Shown one piece after another: positions 42,211 through 51,308 of a DNA stretch of 64,000 bases. How positions within the stretch are numbered: position 1 is the first letter of the stretch; each line of letters begins with the position of its first letter. The notes beneath the pieces were generated by a model. The model was not told the origin of the DNA. It saw only the letters and a program-made list of their open reading frames with translations, and ran no database searches. This DNA is from a virus (Duplodnaviria; Caudoviricetes). The stretch covers positions 16,759 to 80,758 of the IMG/VR virus record IMGVR_UViG_3300045391_005708; one strand, 5' to 3'. The translations under genes were made by a program, and so were the position numbers.

Positions 42211-42783
42211 TCACAGGAGGGCCGCGTCCTCGGTGGACAGGCCCTCGTCGAACCGCTCGCCCCCCGGCGGCAGCGCCGCGGGGGTCCGCGCCGCGGAGGA
42301 CCGCAGCGCCTCGAAGAACGCCGCCGCGATCTCCCTCTTGTCGTCCGGCCCCAGGCCGGGCCGGTCCAGCGCCGCGACCAGGGCCGAGCCCATCAGCGCG
42401 ACCTTGGACCGCTCGACCTCGACCAACTGGCCGGAGATCATGTCGGCGAAGTCCAGGCCGAGCAGGCGCGCCCGGCGCTCCAGCACCTTCAGCGCGACCT
42501 CGACCGCCCGGGCGTCGCCCGCCAGGGCCCTGTCCCAGATCCCGTCCTGCAGGGTGTCCAGGCGCTCCTCCTCGACGCGGATCGCCTCCGCGCGGAGGAA
42601 GCCCGCGTTCTCGTCCTTGGCGACCGCGCGCCGCCAGATCCGGTCGGCGTTGCGGAAGCCGAACTCCCGCTCGATCCGCCGGAACGACCAGCCGCGGATC
42701 TTGTGCTCGCAGACGATCTGCTCCTTGCGCAGCGCCTCGGCCTCCTCGGCGGCCGACAGGATGCGGGCGGGCCGGTCGGTCAC
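42211..42783 (-). CDS. terminase small subunit
   Basis: GTG 42783; N-terminal HTH GWSFRRIEREFG; EEERLDTLQDGIWDRALAGD..LERRARLLGLD. Confidence 0.75.
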   Translation of the reverse strand: MTDRPARILSAAEEAEALRKEQIVCEHKIRGWSFRRIEREFGFRNADRIWRRAVAKDENAGFLRAEAIRVEEERLDTLQDGIWDRALAGDARAVEVALKVLERRARLLGLDFADMISGQLVEVERSKVALMGSALVAALDRPGLGPDDKREIAAAFFEALRSSAARTPAALPPGGERFDEGLSTEDAALL

Positions 42784-43139
42784 TCCCCCTCCGCGGCCGC
42801 GAGCAGCGCCGTGTGCCAGCGGACGAACTCGGCCCCGCCGTCCGCGCCGGGGTTCTCCAGGCGCGTCCGGTGGGTCAGGACCAGGTGGAGCCACGTCGCG
42901 CGCCCGATCCGGTCGGACGGCATGCCCGGGTCGCCCGGGCAGGGGAAGCCGTCCCGCCAGCCGCGGCAGCGCTCGGGCGCCGCCGTCCCGCCGTGGAGCG
43001 GGCACCAGTCAGCCCGGGCGCCGTCGCCGTGCAGGGCGTGCGAGAACGGGTTCCGCCAGGCCCGGCCCGCCCGGAGGCGGTCGAACTCGTCCGCCACCCG
43101 GGACAGGGCCCGGTCCCCTGACCGCGCGTCCTGGCTCAC
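42780..43139 (-). CDS. hypothetical protein
   Basis: GTG 43139, GTGA overlaps on both sides. Confidence 0.6.
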   Translation of the reverse strand: MSQDARSGDRALSRVADEFDRLRAGRAWRNPFSHALHGDGARADWCPLHGGTAAPERCRGWRDGFPCPGDPGMPSDRIGRATWLHLVLTHRTRLENPGADGGAEFVRWHTALLAAAEGE

Positions 43140-43396
43140 TCCGCGGCCGCCTTCACCGCGCCGATCAGCCCGGCCACGCCGTTCCGCGGGATCCACAGGT
43201 CGGGGTGCGTCTCCCAGTCCTGGGCGACCTCCAGCACGCGGGCCAGCGCCAGGGCGTCCGGGTCCTCCCCGGCCGCGACCGTCTCCGCGACCGTCGTGTC
43301 GGGGTTCTCGGCCGCGTACGCCGCCGACACCACCCGGCCGGTGACGGCCGAGCGGAACAGGGTCCGCGCCCCGTCAGACGAGGGCGTCGTCGTCAC
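43136..43396 (-). CDS. hypothetical protein with RSAVTGR..NPDTTV motif
   Basis: Short motif recurrent in small phage/bacterial proteins; start uncertain. Confidence 0.55.
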   Translation of the reverse strand: MTTTPSSDGARTLFRSAVTGRVVSAAYAAENPDTTVAETVAAGEDPDALALARVLEVAQDWETHPDLWIPRNGVAGLIGAVKAAAE

Positions 43397-43676
43397 TGGT
43401 GTCGACCTTCTCGCGCAGCGCGGCCGCGCGCCGCGCCCGCTCCGCCTCGTCCTCGTCCGCGCCGTGGACCGTCGCGTCGATCCCCTGGTTGTTCTGCTCC
43501 AGGTACGGGCTCTCCGACGCGAAGACGTGGCGCCGCTGGGCGTCGGCCAGCGCCAGGCGCGCCCTGTCCGCGTCCTTGGCCGTCTTCTCGGCGCGGGCCC
43601 TGGCCTTCTCCAGGACCCGGACCGCCAGGTCCAACTCCTCCGCCGCCAACTGCTCCTTGCTCTTGCGCTCCGCCAC
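43374..43676 (-). CDS. coiled-coil hypothetical protein
   Basis: RBS GGAGGTG, GTG 43676, -10 TAGGAT at 43729. Confidence 0.7.
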   Translation of the reverse strand: MAERKSKEQLAAEELDLAVRVLEKARARAEKTAKDADRARLALADAQRRHVFASESPYLEQNNQGIDATVHGADEDEAERARRAAALREKVDTSDDDALV

Positions 43677-43919
43677 GCTCGTCCCACCTCCGGGTCGCGC
43701 CGCGGCCGTGCGCCGCGGGGTCCCGCCCATCCTACCGCGCCGCGGCCCGCCGGGCGGCGCCGTGCTGTACCGCCGTCCGGCGCGCCCGCGACCCGCGCCG
43801 ACCCGGGGCGAGGGTCTGTCTGCAGCCCGGCCGGGCGGCGGCGCCGCCTGGCGGCGAGGGCACCCGCGCAGGCCCGGCCGCCGGGCGGTGCAGTCTCGGT
43901 CTGCACCGGCCGGGCCCCG

Positions 43920-44110
43920 GGGTGGAGAAGTTGAAGTTTCGGCCCTATTTGTTGGCCCCCCAAGTTTTCCCCCCTCCCCGACCCCACCCCGACCCACCTC
44001 AGACCTTCCTCCGACGAATCTTCAACTTCTTCAACCCAGAGGTCGAAAAGTACCCCTGACCTGGGCCTTTGTAGGTTGAAGTTTCGCCCGGAGAACCTCA
44101 ACCTGGGTGG
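43920..44110. repeat. GTTGAAG repeats in a non-coding, relatively AT-rich gap; candidate replication origin
   Basis: GTTGAAGTTTCG at about 43930 and 44075, inverted CTTCAAC twice at 44020-44035, variant CCTCAAC at about 44097. Confidence 0.5.
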
Positions 44111-44246
44111 CCCGGGTGGCCCTTCCCGCCCCCTGCCGCGCGGCGCCCCCGGCGAAACCGCCGCCCGGCGGCCCCGGCCCGCCCCCGCCGGTTCCGCCAC
44201 CCGAAACTCCACCCGCCGCGCGGCGTTTCCGGGCCGCCGCCGCGCG

Positions 44247-44474
44247 TCACGTCAGGCGCCTGTCCCGGCGCCCCATCCGGGGCCACCCGCCGTCGTCGGC
44301 GTGCTCCCGGCGGCACCGCAGGCAGACGCCGACCAGGTGCGTCGCCGGGGCGCCGCAGCCGGGGCACCTGTGCTCGTCGGCGTCGCACCGCGGGCAGCAC
44401 CGCGGGCAGCCGTGCGCCGGGGACTCCCGGCAGGGCTCGTCCGGCGCGTCCGGCCGGTCGGGGACCGGCCTCAC
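44247..44474 (-). CDS. small Cys-rich protein
   Basis: CPRCCPRC..CPGC..CLRC; GTGA overlap with primase-helicase stop. Confidence 0.5.
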   Translation of the reverse strand: MRPVPDRPDAPDEPCRESPAHGCPRCCPRCDADEHRCPGCGAPATHLVGVCLRCRREHADDGGWPRMGRRDRRLT

Positions 44475-46744
44475 TCGTCCTCCCACTCCCGCAGCCGCAG
44501 CCCGCGGAAGCCGTCGACCCCCTTGCGCCGCGCGCGCACGAGGCCGCCGACCTGGGCGAGCCGGGCGAAGAACTTGTGCTTCCCGAGTTTCGACTCGCCG
44601 TCCTCGGCCAGCAGGTACGCCGTCCACAGCGCCGAGTTGCGCGTCCAGGCGTCGGCGTCGAACTCGGCGTGGTCGGCCAGCCAGCGCCGCACGCTGTCGC
44701 CGCTCCGGCCCATCTCGACGCGGGCCTGGAGCACGCTCTCCGGCTCCTCGAACCGGCCGCGGGCCATGAGCACCCGCAGGGCCTCGACCGCCCGGGCGAG
44801 CACGCCGCGCACCTCCGCGGGGTCCAGCAGGCGGTCCGTCAGGCCCGCGTCCTCCCGGCCGTAGAACGAGTGCGGGAACGGGACGACGATCCACCGCGAG
44901 AAGAACGCCTCCGAGGAGTCGTTGACGCCGAACAGGGCGTTCGCCGAGAACACCGGCACCGCCCAGGGCGTGAACGAGAACGGCTGGCCGTACTTCCGGT
45001 CGGCCGACAGCCGGTCGCCGCCGGTCAGGCCCTTGACCAGCGCCGGGCGCTCCATGAACGAGGCGTCGATGTCGCCCGCGATGTTGGCCTGGGCGCCGTA
45101 GACCTCCGCCGTCTTGAACTTGTCCTCCGCGAGGGCGTGCAGGTCGACGTTCGAGACGTTCGCGTCGCCGAGCAGCGCCTGGACCACCCGGAGCAGCGTC
45201 CCCTTGCCGTTCCGGCCCTTCTCGCCCCAGAGCAAGACCGACTTGTGCAGCGGGTTGCCCATCAGCACGAGGTACCCCAGGACCTCCCAGACGAACCCCA
45301 CCGCGTCGTCGGGCAGGACCTCCTGGAGGAACCTGTCGAACCGCGGGCACCGCGCGCCGGGGTCGTACTCGTGGGGCAACTGCACCGTGGACAGGAACGA
45401 CGGGTCGTGGGGCTCCACGAGGCCGGTCCGCCAGCGGACCATCCCGTTGAGGCAGTTGACGTACTCGGGGTGCGTCGGCTCCCGGGTCAGCCGCGGCGTG
45501 TCCGGGCTGTCCCTCAGGAACTCGGTCGTCGTGTTCCTCTTGGCCTGCGTCCAGGCGTCGCCGAAGATCACCGTGACCGCCCCGGCCACGTCGGCCTCGC
45601 CGTCGCGCCAGACGCCGCCGCGGTACGTCAGCAGGCGCCGGTCCAGGGCGTCCACGCCGACCGGCATCGCGGCGGCCAGGTGGCGGGCCAGGGGCTCGAC
45701 GGACAGGCCCCCGCCCTGGCGCGTCCACCGCGCGGGGGAGTAGGAGAACAGGTCCCGCACGTCCGCCGACGCCGGGGGCGGGGCCAGGGGCAGCGGGGCG
45801 AAGTCGTCGGCCGCCTCCGCCTCCAGGGCGACGCTGGGCCAGCCGCCGCCGTCCTCCTCGGCGTACTCCAGCGCGTGCCTGCTGACCTCCTCGTGCTCCC
45901 GGCGCGTCCACGGGTCCGGCCCGGGCGCGGCGCAGGCCGCCTCCCAGGTCAGGTCGTGGACCTCGGCCTCGTCCAGGCAGCCGCCGAGGGCCAGGCGGAA
46001 CAGCGTCGGCAGCCAGGCCATGAGGGCGTTGTTCCGGCCGCCGTAGCCCTCGGAGTTCTCCGCGACCTCCCGGCACGCCTTCTTCAGGATCGAGAACGCC
46101 TTGTCCCTCTGCCGGTCGGACGGCTCGCCGTCGACCGGCTCCAGGTCCGTCCTGTCCTCCCGGGCCGCCCGCACCCTGGCCGTGACGCCCAGGTCGTCGG
46201 CCCGCGCCAGCCACTCGTCGGCGGGGAGCGGCCGCCGGGAGTCCGTCTCGCCCCACCTGTACGGCGTCCCGTCCGCGGGCTCGCTTGCCAGGAACATCAT
46301 CCGCGAGGGCTGGGCGCAGGTCCGGTCGAACTGCCCCGGCCCCAGGGCCTCCACCAGCGCCAGCGTGACCCGCTGGGCCTCCTCGCCGGTCACGTCCCGG
46401 TCCAGGGGCAGGTGGACCCGGTACCGCGGCTCCGCCCCCGTGTGGCTGTTCGTCGTGTGCCAGCACAGCGCGTGGTCGCCCAGGAGCACCTCCAGGTCTT
46501 CCGGGAACCACGGGTCGGCCCTGTCCGCGTCCAGGTAGACGACCGACCGGCTCCTGACGAACTCGTCCGCCTTGCGCGTGCCCTCCAGCAGGCCGCCGAA
46601 GACGCCGCCGCAGTCCTTGCGCTGCCCCGGCGTGGTCAGCCGCACCGCGGCCTTGTACTCCGCCCAGGACAGGCCCTTCGGCAGCCACTCCTCGCTCGTC
46701 CGCGCGGGCGCCTTGGCCAGGCAGACGTGCAGCCGCCTGCTCAC
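44471..46744 (-). CDS. DNA primase-helicase (AEP-type primase plus P4/D5 SF3 helicase)
   Basis: GTG 46744; VYLDAD, HTTNSH..PRYRV; GEKGRNGKGT, KGLTGGD..ADRKY, PVFSAN, RWIVVPF. Confidence 0.92.
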   Translation of the reverse strand: MSRRLHVCLAKAPARTSEEWLPKGLSWAEYKAAVRLTTPGQRKDCGGVFGGLLEGTRKADEFVRSRSVVYLDADRADPWFPEDLEVLLGDHALCWHTTNSHTGAEPRYRVHLPLDRDVTGEEAQRVTLALVEALGPGQFDRTCAQPSRMMFLASEPADGTPYRWGETDSRRPLPADEWLARADDLGVTARVRAAREDRTDLEPVDGEPSDRQRDKAFSILKKACREVAENSEGYGGRNNALMAWLPTLFRLALGGCLDEAEVHDLTWEAACAAPGPDPWTRREHEEVSRHALEYAEEDGGGWPSVALEAEAADDFAPLPLAPPPASADVRDLFSYSPARWTRQGGGLSVEPLARHLAAAMPVGVDALDRRLLTYRGGVWRDGEADVAGAVTVIFGDAWTQAKRNTTTEFLRDSPDTPRLTREPTHPEYVNCLNGMVRWRTGLVEPHDPSFLSTVQLPHEYDPGARCPRFDRFLQEVLPDDAVGFVWEVLGYLVLMGNPLHKSVLLWGEKGRNGKGTLLRVVQALLGDANVSNVDLHALAEDKFKTAEVYGAQANIAGDIDASFMERPALVKGLTGGDRLSADRKYGQPFSFTPWAVPVFSANALFGVNDSSEAFFSRWIVVPFPHSFYGREDAGLTDRLLDPAEVRGVLARAVEALRVLMARGRFEEPESVLQARVEMGRSGDSVRRWLADHAEFDADAWTRNSALWTAYLLAEDGESKLGKHKFFARLAQVGGLVRARRKGVDGFRGLRLREWEDE

Positions 46745-47043
46745 GCGACGGCCTGGAGGTCGTTGGTGGCCTTGTCCCAGGCGGCGCGGTCCCACGACTC
46801 GACCGGCGACAGGCCGACGTGCAGCGTGCCGTCCAGCAGGTAGGCCCGCCGGAGGTCCGGCACCACGGTCACGAAGAACGTGCCGCCCTCCAGCACCAGG
46901 AAGGTCGGATCGCCGCCCCCGCGCGGGTCGTACACGGCCTCCCACCCCGCGTGGTGGAAGAACGCGGCCCACTTCGCTTCGAGCCTGCTCCTGTACTTGA
47001 CGCCGCGGTAGCGCACGGTCGTCTCCGCCTGTGGGGTCGGCAA
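46741..47043 (-). CDS. short PD-(D/E)XK-like nuclease protein
   Basis: YRGVKYRSRLEAKWAAFF..W..YDP motif; appears truncated. Confidence 0.6.
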   Translation of the reverse strand: MPTPQAETTVRYRGVKYRSRLEAKWAAFFHHAGWEAVYDPRGGGDPTFLVLEGGTFFVTVVPDLRRAYLLDGTLHVGLSPVESWDRAAWDKATNDLQAVA

Positions 47044-47172
47044 GGCCGGTCATCCTCTCCGAGGTCGTGTCGCCGCGCGTCTCCCGGTCGTCGGGGTCGG
47101 CCGCGGGCCGGACCGCCCGATCCTACCGCCGCCGGGCGCCGGGCGGGGCGGCTTGCTGGTTCCCCCTGCGGG

Positions 47173-47234
47173 TTGCTTCCGCACCCGGCAGGGGGTATGA
47201 TGGGTCCCGACCGGGCACCACCGAGAGGAAACCG
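47173..47234 (+). promoter_or_regulatory. early-type promoter copy 2 plus RBS
   Basis: TTGCTT 47173-47178, 17 nt, TATGAT 47196-47201; CCGAGAGGAAACCG-ATG. Confidence 0.8.
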
Positions 47235-48233
47235 ATGACGGACCACAGGGACGCGCTGACCTACCACCGGCGCCACACGGACGACGGCCTCCGCTGGGCC
47301 GAGGGGTGCGCGCTGTGCCCCGGCGCGCCCCCGGGCGCCGACCCGCTCACCGACATCTGCCAGCCGCCGCGCCGCGTGCGGCTCAAGGTGGGCGACCGGG
47401 AGTTCGACGCGACCGTGGAGGACCACGGCGCCGCGGAGCCCGGCGGCCTGGAGGACCTGCTCCGGCTGCACATGGGCGGCCGCGCGCCGCTCGTGCGCTA
47501 CGCCGACGACCCGCCCCTGCCGCCGGGCGCGACCTGCCCGGGCGGCGTGCTCACGCTGCCCTCCAACCGGCCGCTGTCGGCCGCGGAGAAGGGGTCGATG
47601 GCCGCCTACGCCTCGGAGGGCCTGGCGGACGGCGGGGCCCCCGAGCCCCGGATGCGGCGCCTCTACGTCGCGGGCGTGATCTCCGGCGACCCGCGGCCGT
47701 TCGAGGAGAAGCGGGACGCGTTCTACGAGGCGGCCGACCGCCTGCGCGCCGCGGGCTACGACCCCGTGGTCCCGCTGGACATCGGCAACGACCTGTGCGA
47801 GGAGGGGGACTCCTGCAAGGCGTCCTCGGCCAAGGTCCTGGCGGGCTCCGACCAGGGCGCCGGGCACTCCTGGGAGTGCTACCTCCGGCACGACCTGATC
47901 GAGGCCCTGCGGTGCGACGGCGCGGCGCTGATCCCGAACTGGCACCTGTCCCCCGGCGCGCGGCTGGAGTTCGCCACGCTGACCGCCGTGGGCCTGCCGT
48001 GCCTGCCCGTCGAGGAGTGGCTGGACCTGGTGGGGTACGACCCGCCGCCGGACGGCCTGGCCGACCGCGCGCTGGTCCGGATAAAGCAGGTCCACTGCTC
48101 CCTCTGCCGCCGCCCGCTCCACTGGGCGGACGGCAGGTGGTGGGACGACGGCCTGGACGAGGAGAGGGCCGACGTCTGCCGCGGCGCGACCGCGCCCGAC
48201 GTGGCGCACGAGCCCGAGAGGAACCCCCGGTGA
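47235..48233 (+). CDS. DUF4406 (nucleoside 2-deoxyribosyltransferase-like) domain protein
   Basis: LYVAGVISG..F.EAADRLRAAGY..W..YLRHDL..L.CDG..IPNWHLSPGARLE. Confidence 0.8.
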   Translation: MTDHRDALTYHRRHTDDGLRWAEGCALCPGAPPGADPLTDICQPPRRVRLKVGDREFDATVEDHGAAEPGGLEDLLRLHMGGRAPLVRYADDPPLPPGATCPGGVLTLPSNRPLSAAEKGSMAAYASEGLADGGAPEPRMRRLYVAGVISGDPRPFEEKRDAFYEAADRLRAAGYDPVVPLDIGNDLCEEGDSCKASSAKVLAGSDQGAGHSWECYLRHDLIEALRCDGAALIPNWHLSPGARLEFATLTAVGLPCLPVEEWLDLVGYDPPPDGLADRALVRIKQVHCSLCRRPLHWADGRWWDDGLDEERADVCRGATAPDVAHEPERNPR

Positions 48234-48856
48234 CCGAGGGCAAGGAGATCCCCCTGGCGATCGAGGGCCAGCCGCCGGGCAGGGACGACCCGCGCGTCAT
48301 CGAGCCCGGCGCCCTGCGCTGGACCGACAAGCCGATTCCCGTGACCTGGTACGACCCGAAGGACCCCGGCGCCAGCAAGGTCGTCGGCATGGTCACCGGC
48401 CTGCGCCGCGAGGGTGACACCATCTACGGCACCGTGTCGACCGTCGAGGGCTTCGACCTGACCGACGACCTGGCGCCGTCCATCGAGGTCTCCGAGATCA
48501 AGGCCCGCGACGGCGAGGGGATGAACCCCTGGCCGCTCCGGGGCGGGCGCCTGAGGGGCGTGCACCTGCTGAACGGCTTCCGCGACGCGCCGTGGGCCGA
48601 CCGCCTGCGCCGCGGGAAGCCGCCCGCCGAGCCCCGCCGGGAGAGCGCCGTCCAGCCCTGGATGGGCGGGTACCGGCTGGACTCGTTCGACTACGACGGC
48701 ACCGTGATCCTCATGCACGGCGGGCACGAGGTCCTGCGGGACGACGGCCTCCCGCCGCAGGACGACAACCTGACGACGTGGCACGACCACGCCGATCTGG
48801 CCGAGGTCGTGGCCCGCGCCCAGGAGCACGATGCGACCTGCGAGGACCGGCCGTGA
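48230..48856 (+). CDS. stand-alone paralogue of the capsid protease N-terminal domain
   Basis: IEPGALRWTDKPIPVTW vs IEKGALRWDSLPIPLRW in 24606-28184; VVGMV..RR vs VVGKV..ER. Confidence 0.7.
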   Translation: MTEGKEIPLAIEGQPPGRDDPRVIEPGALRWTDKPIPVTWYDPKDPGASKVVGMVTGLRREGDTIYGTVSTVEGFDLTDDLAPSIEVSEIKARDGEGMNPWPLRGGRLRGVHLLNGFRDAPWADRLRRGKPPAEPRRESAVQPWMGGYRLDSFDYDGTVILMHGGHEVLRDDGLPPQDDNLTTWHDHADLAEVVARAQEHDATCEDRP

Positions 48857-49113
48857 GCGGACTCGACTTCTTGCTGACCTCGCCGGGGCCGCGCGGTCCG
48901 TCGCCCCGCGAGGAGGCCCTGTTCCGCGCGGCCTTCGTGGCTGAGTTGGAGGACGACCCCGACCGGCCGCCGCGCCCCGCCACGCTGGCGAGGGCGGTGG
49001 GCCACAGCGGCCCGCAGTTGACCGGGCGCCTGTCTCGCCTGCGGCGCCAGATGCTCAGGGACGCGGGCTTCGTGCAGCCCGGCGGTGCTGGCGCCCGATG
49101 GCGGAAGGCGTGA
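48853..49113 (+). CDS. hypothetical protein
   Basis: GTGA overlap, 86 aa. Confidence 0.65.
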   Translation: MSGLDFLLTSPGPRGPSPREEALFRAAFVAELEDDPDRPPRPATLARAVGHSGPQLTGRLSRLRRQMLRDAGFVQPGGAGARWRKA

Positions 49114-49349
49114 TCCCGGTGCCCGACCTCTGCCGCGTGGAGCGCCAGCGCGACGACGGCTCCTGGGGCGTCCTGCACCGCGGCTTCGGCCTGGCCGACC
49201 CCCGGCGGTACGTCGGCAGGGCCGCCGCCCGCGGGAGCCGCCTCCGGGCCACCGTCCTGGACGCCGAACTGCGGCCGACCGGCCCGACGTACACCGGCCC
49301 GTGCCCCGCCTGCGGCGGCCCGGACCACAACTGCAGGGAGTTGCTGTGA
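49098..49349 (+). CDS. hypothetical protein with CPAC..HNC
   Basis: Tight packing; start may be GTG 49110. Confidence 0.6.
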   Translation: MAEGVIPVPDLCRVERQRDDGSWGVLHRGFGLADPRRYVGRAAARGSRLRATVLDAELRPTGPTYTGPCPACGGPDHNCRELL

Positions 49350-49693
49350 GCCTGAAGACCCTCCGCGAGGACCTGTGCCGCCACCAGGTCGGCCCGCTGC
49401 CGGACGACGTGCGGGGCGAGGTCGAGATGCTGATCGCGGTCGTCGACCGGCACCGCCCCCTCGGCCCGGACGGGGAGCACGGCGACCGCCACACGCCGAC
49501 GTGCGGCTGCGAGGGCCGCGGGCCGACGTGCTCGCGGTGCGGCCGGAGGCGCACCGTGGGCGACCCCGAGCACCCGATGGACGCCTACGACTACTCGCCC
49601 CTCCAGGCGGTCACCGGGCGGCCGCTGGGGTGGTACAGCGCCGACGACGGGGAGGTCTGCCCCGAGGACATGGAGAGGACGGTGCGGGGGTGA
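49346..49693 (+). CDS. hypothetical protein
   Basis: GTGA overlaps; HRP....H..C.C motif. Confidence 0.6.
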   Translation: MSLKTLREDLCRHQVGPLPDDVRGEVEMLIAVVDRHRPLGPDGEHGDRHTPTCGCEGRGPTCSRCGRRRTVGDPEHPMDAYDYSPLQAVTGRPLGWYSADDGEVCPEDMERTVRG

Positions 49694-50079
49694 CCCGGCC
49701 GCGCGAGCCCATGACCGCCGACCGCCTCCTGGGCCCGGAGACGGTGCTGCACGCCTTCCGCGCCGACGTGGACGTGGTGACGCCCGAGAGGGCCGAGGCG
49801 TGGTGGCGGGAGAGGTTCGTCTGGAGCGAGGAGCACCGCGCCTGGGTCGACAAGTCCGGCCACTTCGACGAGGCCGAGAACGTCTACCGCGGCCTGATGT
49901 TCGCCAGCCCGGACGGCAGCCCGCCGGACTTCAGCGTGACGGCCCTGACGGCCGAGCAGGGGCAGGGCGAGCCCGCCTGCCGGTGCTACCGCTGCGGCGA
50001 ACTGCTGACCGCCGACCTCGTGACCGTGGACGACGGCCCCCTCGGCCCGCGGCCGCGCTGCGGGGGGTGCCCGTCGTGA
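49690..50079 (+). CDS. hypothetical protein with C-terminal Cys motif
   Basis: GTGA overlaps; CYRC..CGGC. Confidence 0.6.
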   Translation: MTRPREPMTADRLLGPETVLHAFRADVDVVTPERAEAWWRERFVWSEEHRAWVDKSGHFDEAENVYRGLMFASPDGSPPDFSVTALTAEQGQGEPACRCYRCGELLTADLVTVDDGPLGPRPRCGGCPS

Positions 50080-50528
50080 GCGCCGTGCTGATCGGCCAGG
50101 CGCCGAGCCGCGAGTGCCCGCGGCCGTTCCGCTGCGCCGCCGGGCGCAGGCTGGCCGCGTACGCGGGCACGGACCTCGACCACCTGCTCAGCGTCTTCAG
50201 CGCGCGCAACCTCCTCGACCGCCACCCCGGCCGCCAGCCCGGCGGCAAGTGGGACGCCTTCCCGGTCCGCGAGGCCCGGGAGCGCGGCACCCACCTGCGC
50301 CGGTACGTGCTGCCGCGCCGCGACGTGGCGCTCGTCTGCGGCGTGGCGACGGCCCGGGCCCTCGGCCTCCAGACCCCCCTGTCCATCACCAGGGTCGGGA
50401 GGTGCGACGTGTACGTCGTCCCGCACCCCGCGGGCACGTCGATGTGGTGGAACGACCCCGGGCGCCGCCGGGCGGGCGCCACGCTCGCCCGCGCCGCCCT
50501 CAGAGCAGCGGAGGAGAGCGAGAGATGA
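50076..50528 (+). CDS. uracil-DNA glycosylase superfamily protein (minimal)
   Basis: LIGQAPS..PF..AGRRL (motif A), RNLL, VVPHPAGTSMWWN (motif B). Confidence 0.7.
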   Translation: MSAVLIGQAPSRECPRPFRCAAGRRLAAYAGTDLDHLLSVFSARNLLDRHPGRQPGGKWDAFPVREARERGTHLRRYVLPRRDVALVCGVATARALGLQTPLSITRVGRCDVYVVPHPAGTSMWWNDPGRRRAGATLARAALRAAEESER

Positions 50529-50740
50529 GCGAAGACGCCGTGCAGGCCGCGGTCGGCAGGCTGGCGGCGGCGCAGAGGCACGGGCACTCCCCCGAGCGCA
50601 TCGCCGAGTGCCGGAACGACCTGCTGGCCGCCAAGACCGAGCGGGCGATCCGCGAGGCGCTGAGCCCGGCCAAGCCCTACGCCCCGCTCCGGCGCGGCGA
50701 CCGTACCCGCCTCGCGCTGATCCTCATGGAGGACAGGTGA
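50525..50740 (+). CDS. small helical hypothetical protein
   Basis: RBS GGAG; AKTERAIREAL..PL..DRTRLALIL resembles common actinophage small proteins. Confidence 0.65.
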   Translation: MSEDAVQAAVGRLAAAQRHGHSPERIAECRNDLLAAKTERAIREALSPAKPYAPLRRGDRTRLALILMEDR

Positions 50741-50787
50741 GGCGCCCCCGCCGAGAGGGCGCGGGGACCACAGGAAGGAAGGGAACC

Positions 50788-51258
50788 ATGAAGAGGACAC
50801 TCGCAGGCGCGGCCGCGGCCGTCGCCCTCGCCGCCGGAGGGGTGGCCGCCGCGCCGCCCGCCCAGGCGGCGTACGACTGGGGGCCGATCGTCACCCACAG
50901 CGACTTCGCCGGGAACGGCCAGTTGCAGGTCAACTACCGCATCCGGCAGGGGTACAGCGTCGGGTTCTACGTCGAGTCCGTGCGGATCTGCGCGGCCAGC
51001 GGCGGCCTCGCCTACCAGGGCATCGCGGGCAAGGGCCTGTGGGTCCGCAACGAGGACGGCGTGACCAAGTTCTCGACGAACAACGACAGCCTGGACAAGG
51101 GCCAGTGCCGGGCGTGGGACCTGGAGATCGGGATGCCCGACGCCTCGACGCTGAGGTCGGGCTGGCTGTTCGACGACATCTTCGTCCCGGGCAGCGACGT
51201 GCAGCAGTGCGCGAGGCTCACGATCCACCACAACGACTGGTCGTCCGGCGGATGCTGA
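50788..51258 (+). CDS. secreted protein
   Basis: RBS AAGGAAGG; MKRTLAGAAAAVALAAGGVAAAPPAQA|AY signal peptide; four Cys. Confidence 0.8.
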   Translation: MKRTLAGAAAAVALAAGGVAAAPPAQAAYDWGPIVTHSDFAGNGQLQVNYRIRQGYSVGFYVESVRICAASGGLAYQGIAGKGLWVRNEDGVTKFSTNNDSLDKGQCRAWDLEIGMPDASTLRSGWLFDDIFVPGSDVQQCARLTIHHNDWSSGGC

Positions 51259-51308
51259 CGACGACGACGCCATCAGCGGCTGAAGAGGCCGGGACAGGAG
51301 AGAGCGGC

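Noticed and set aside
38680-47053. ORF-track 5' extensions of terminase (40713), primase (47053) and similar genes
   Set aside because: Extensions overlap upstream genes in another frame; internal GTG starts with GTGA coupling fit better.
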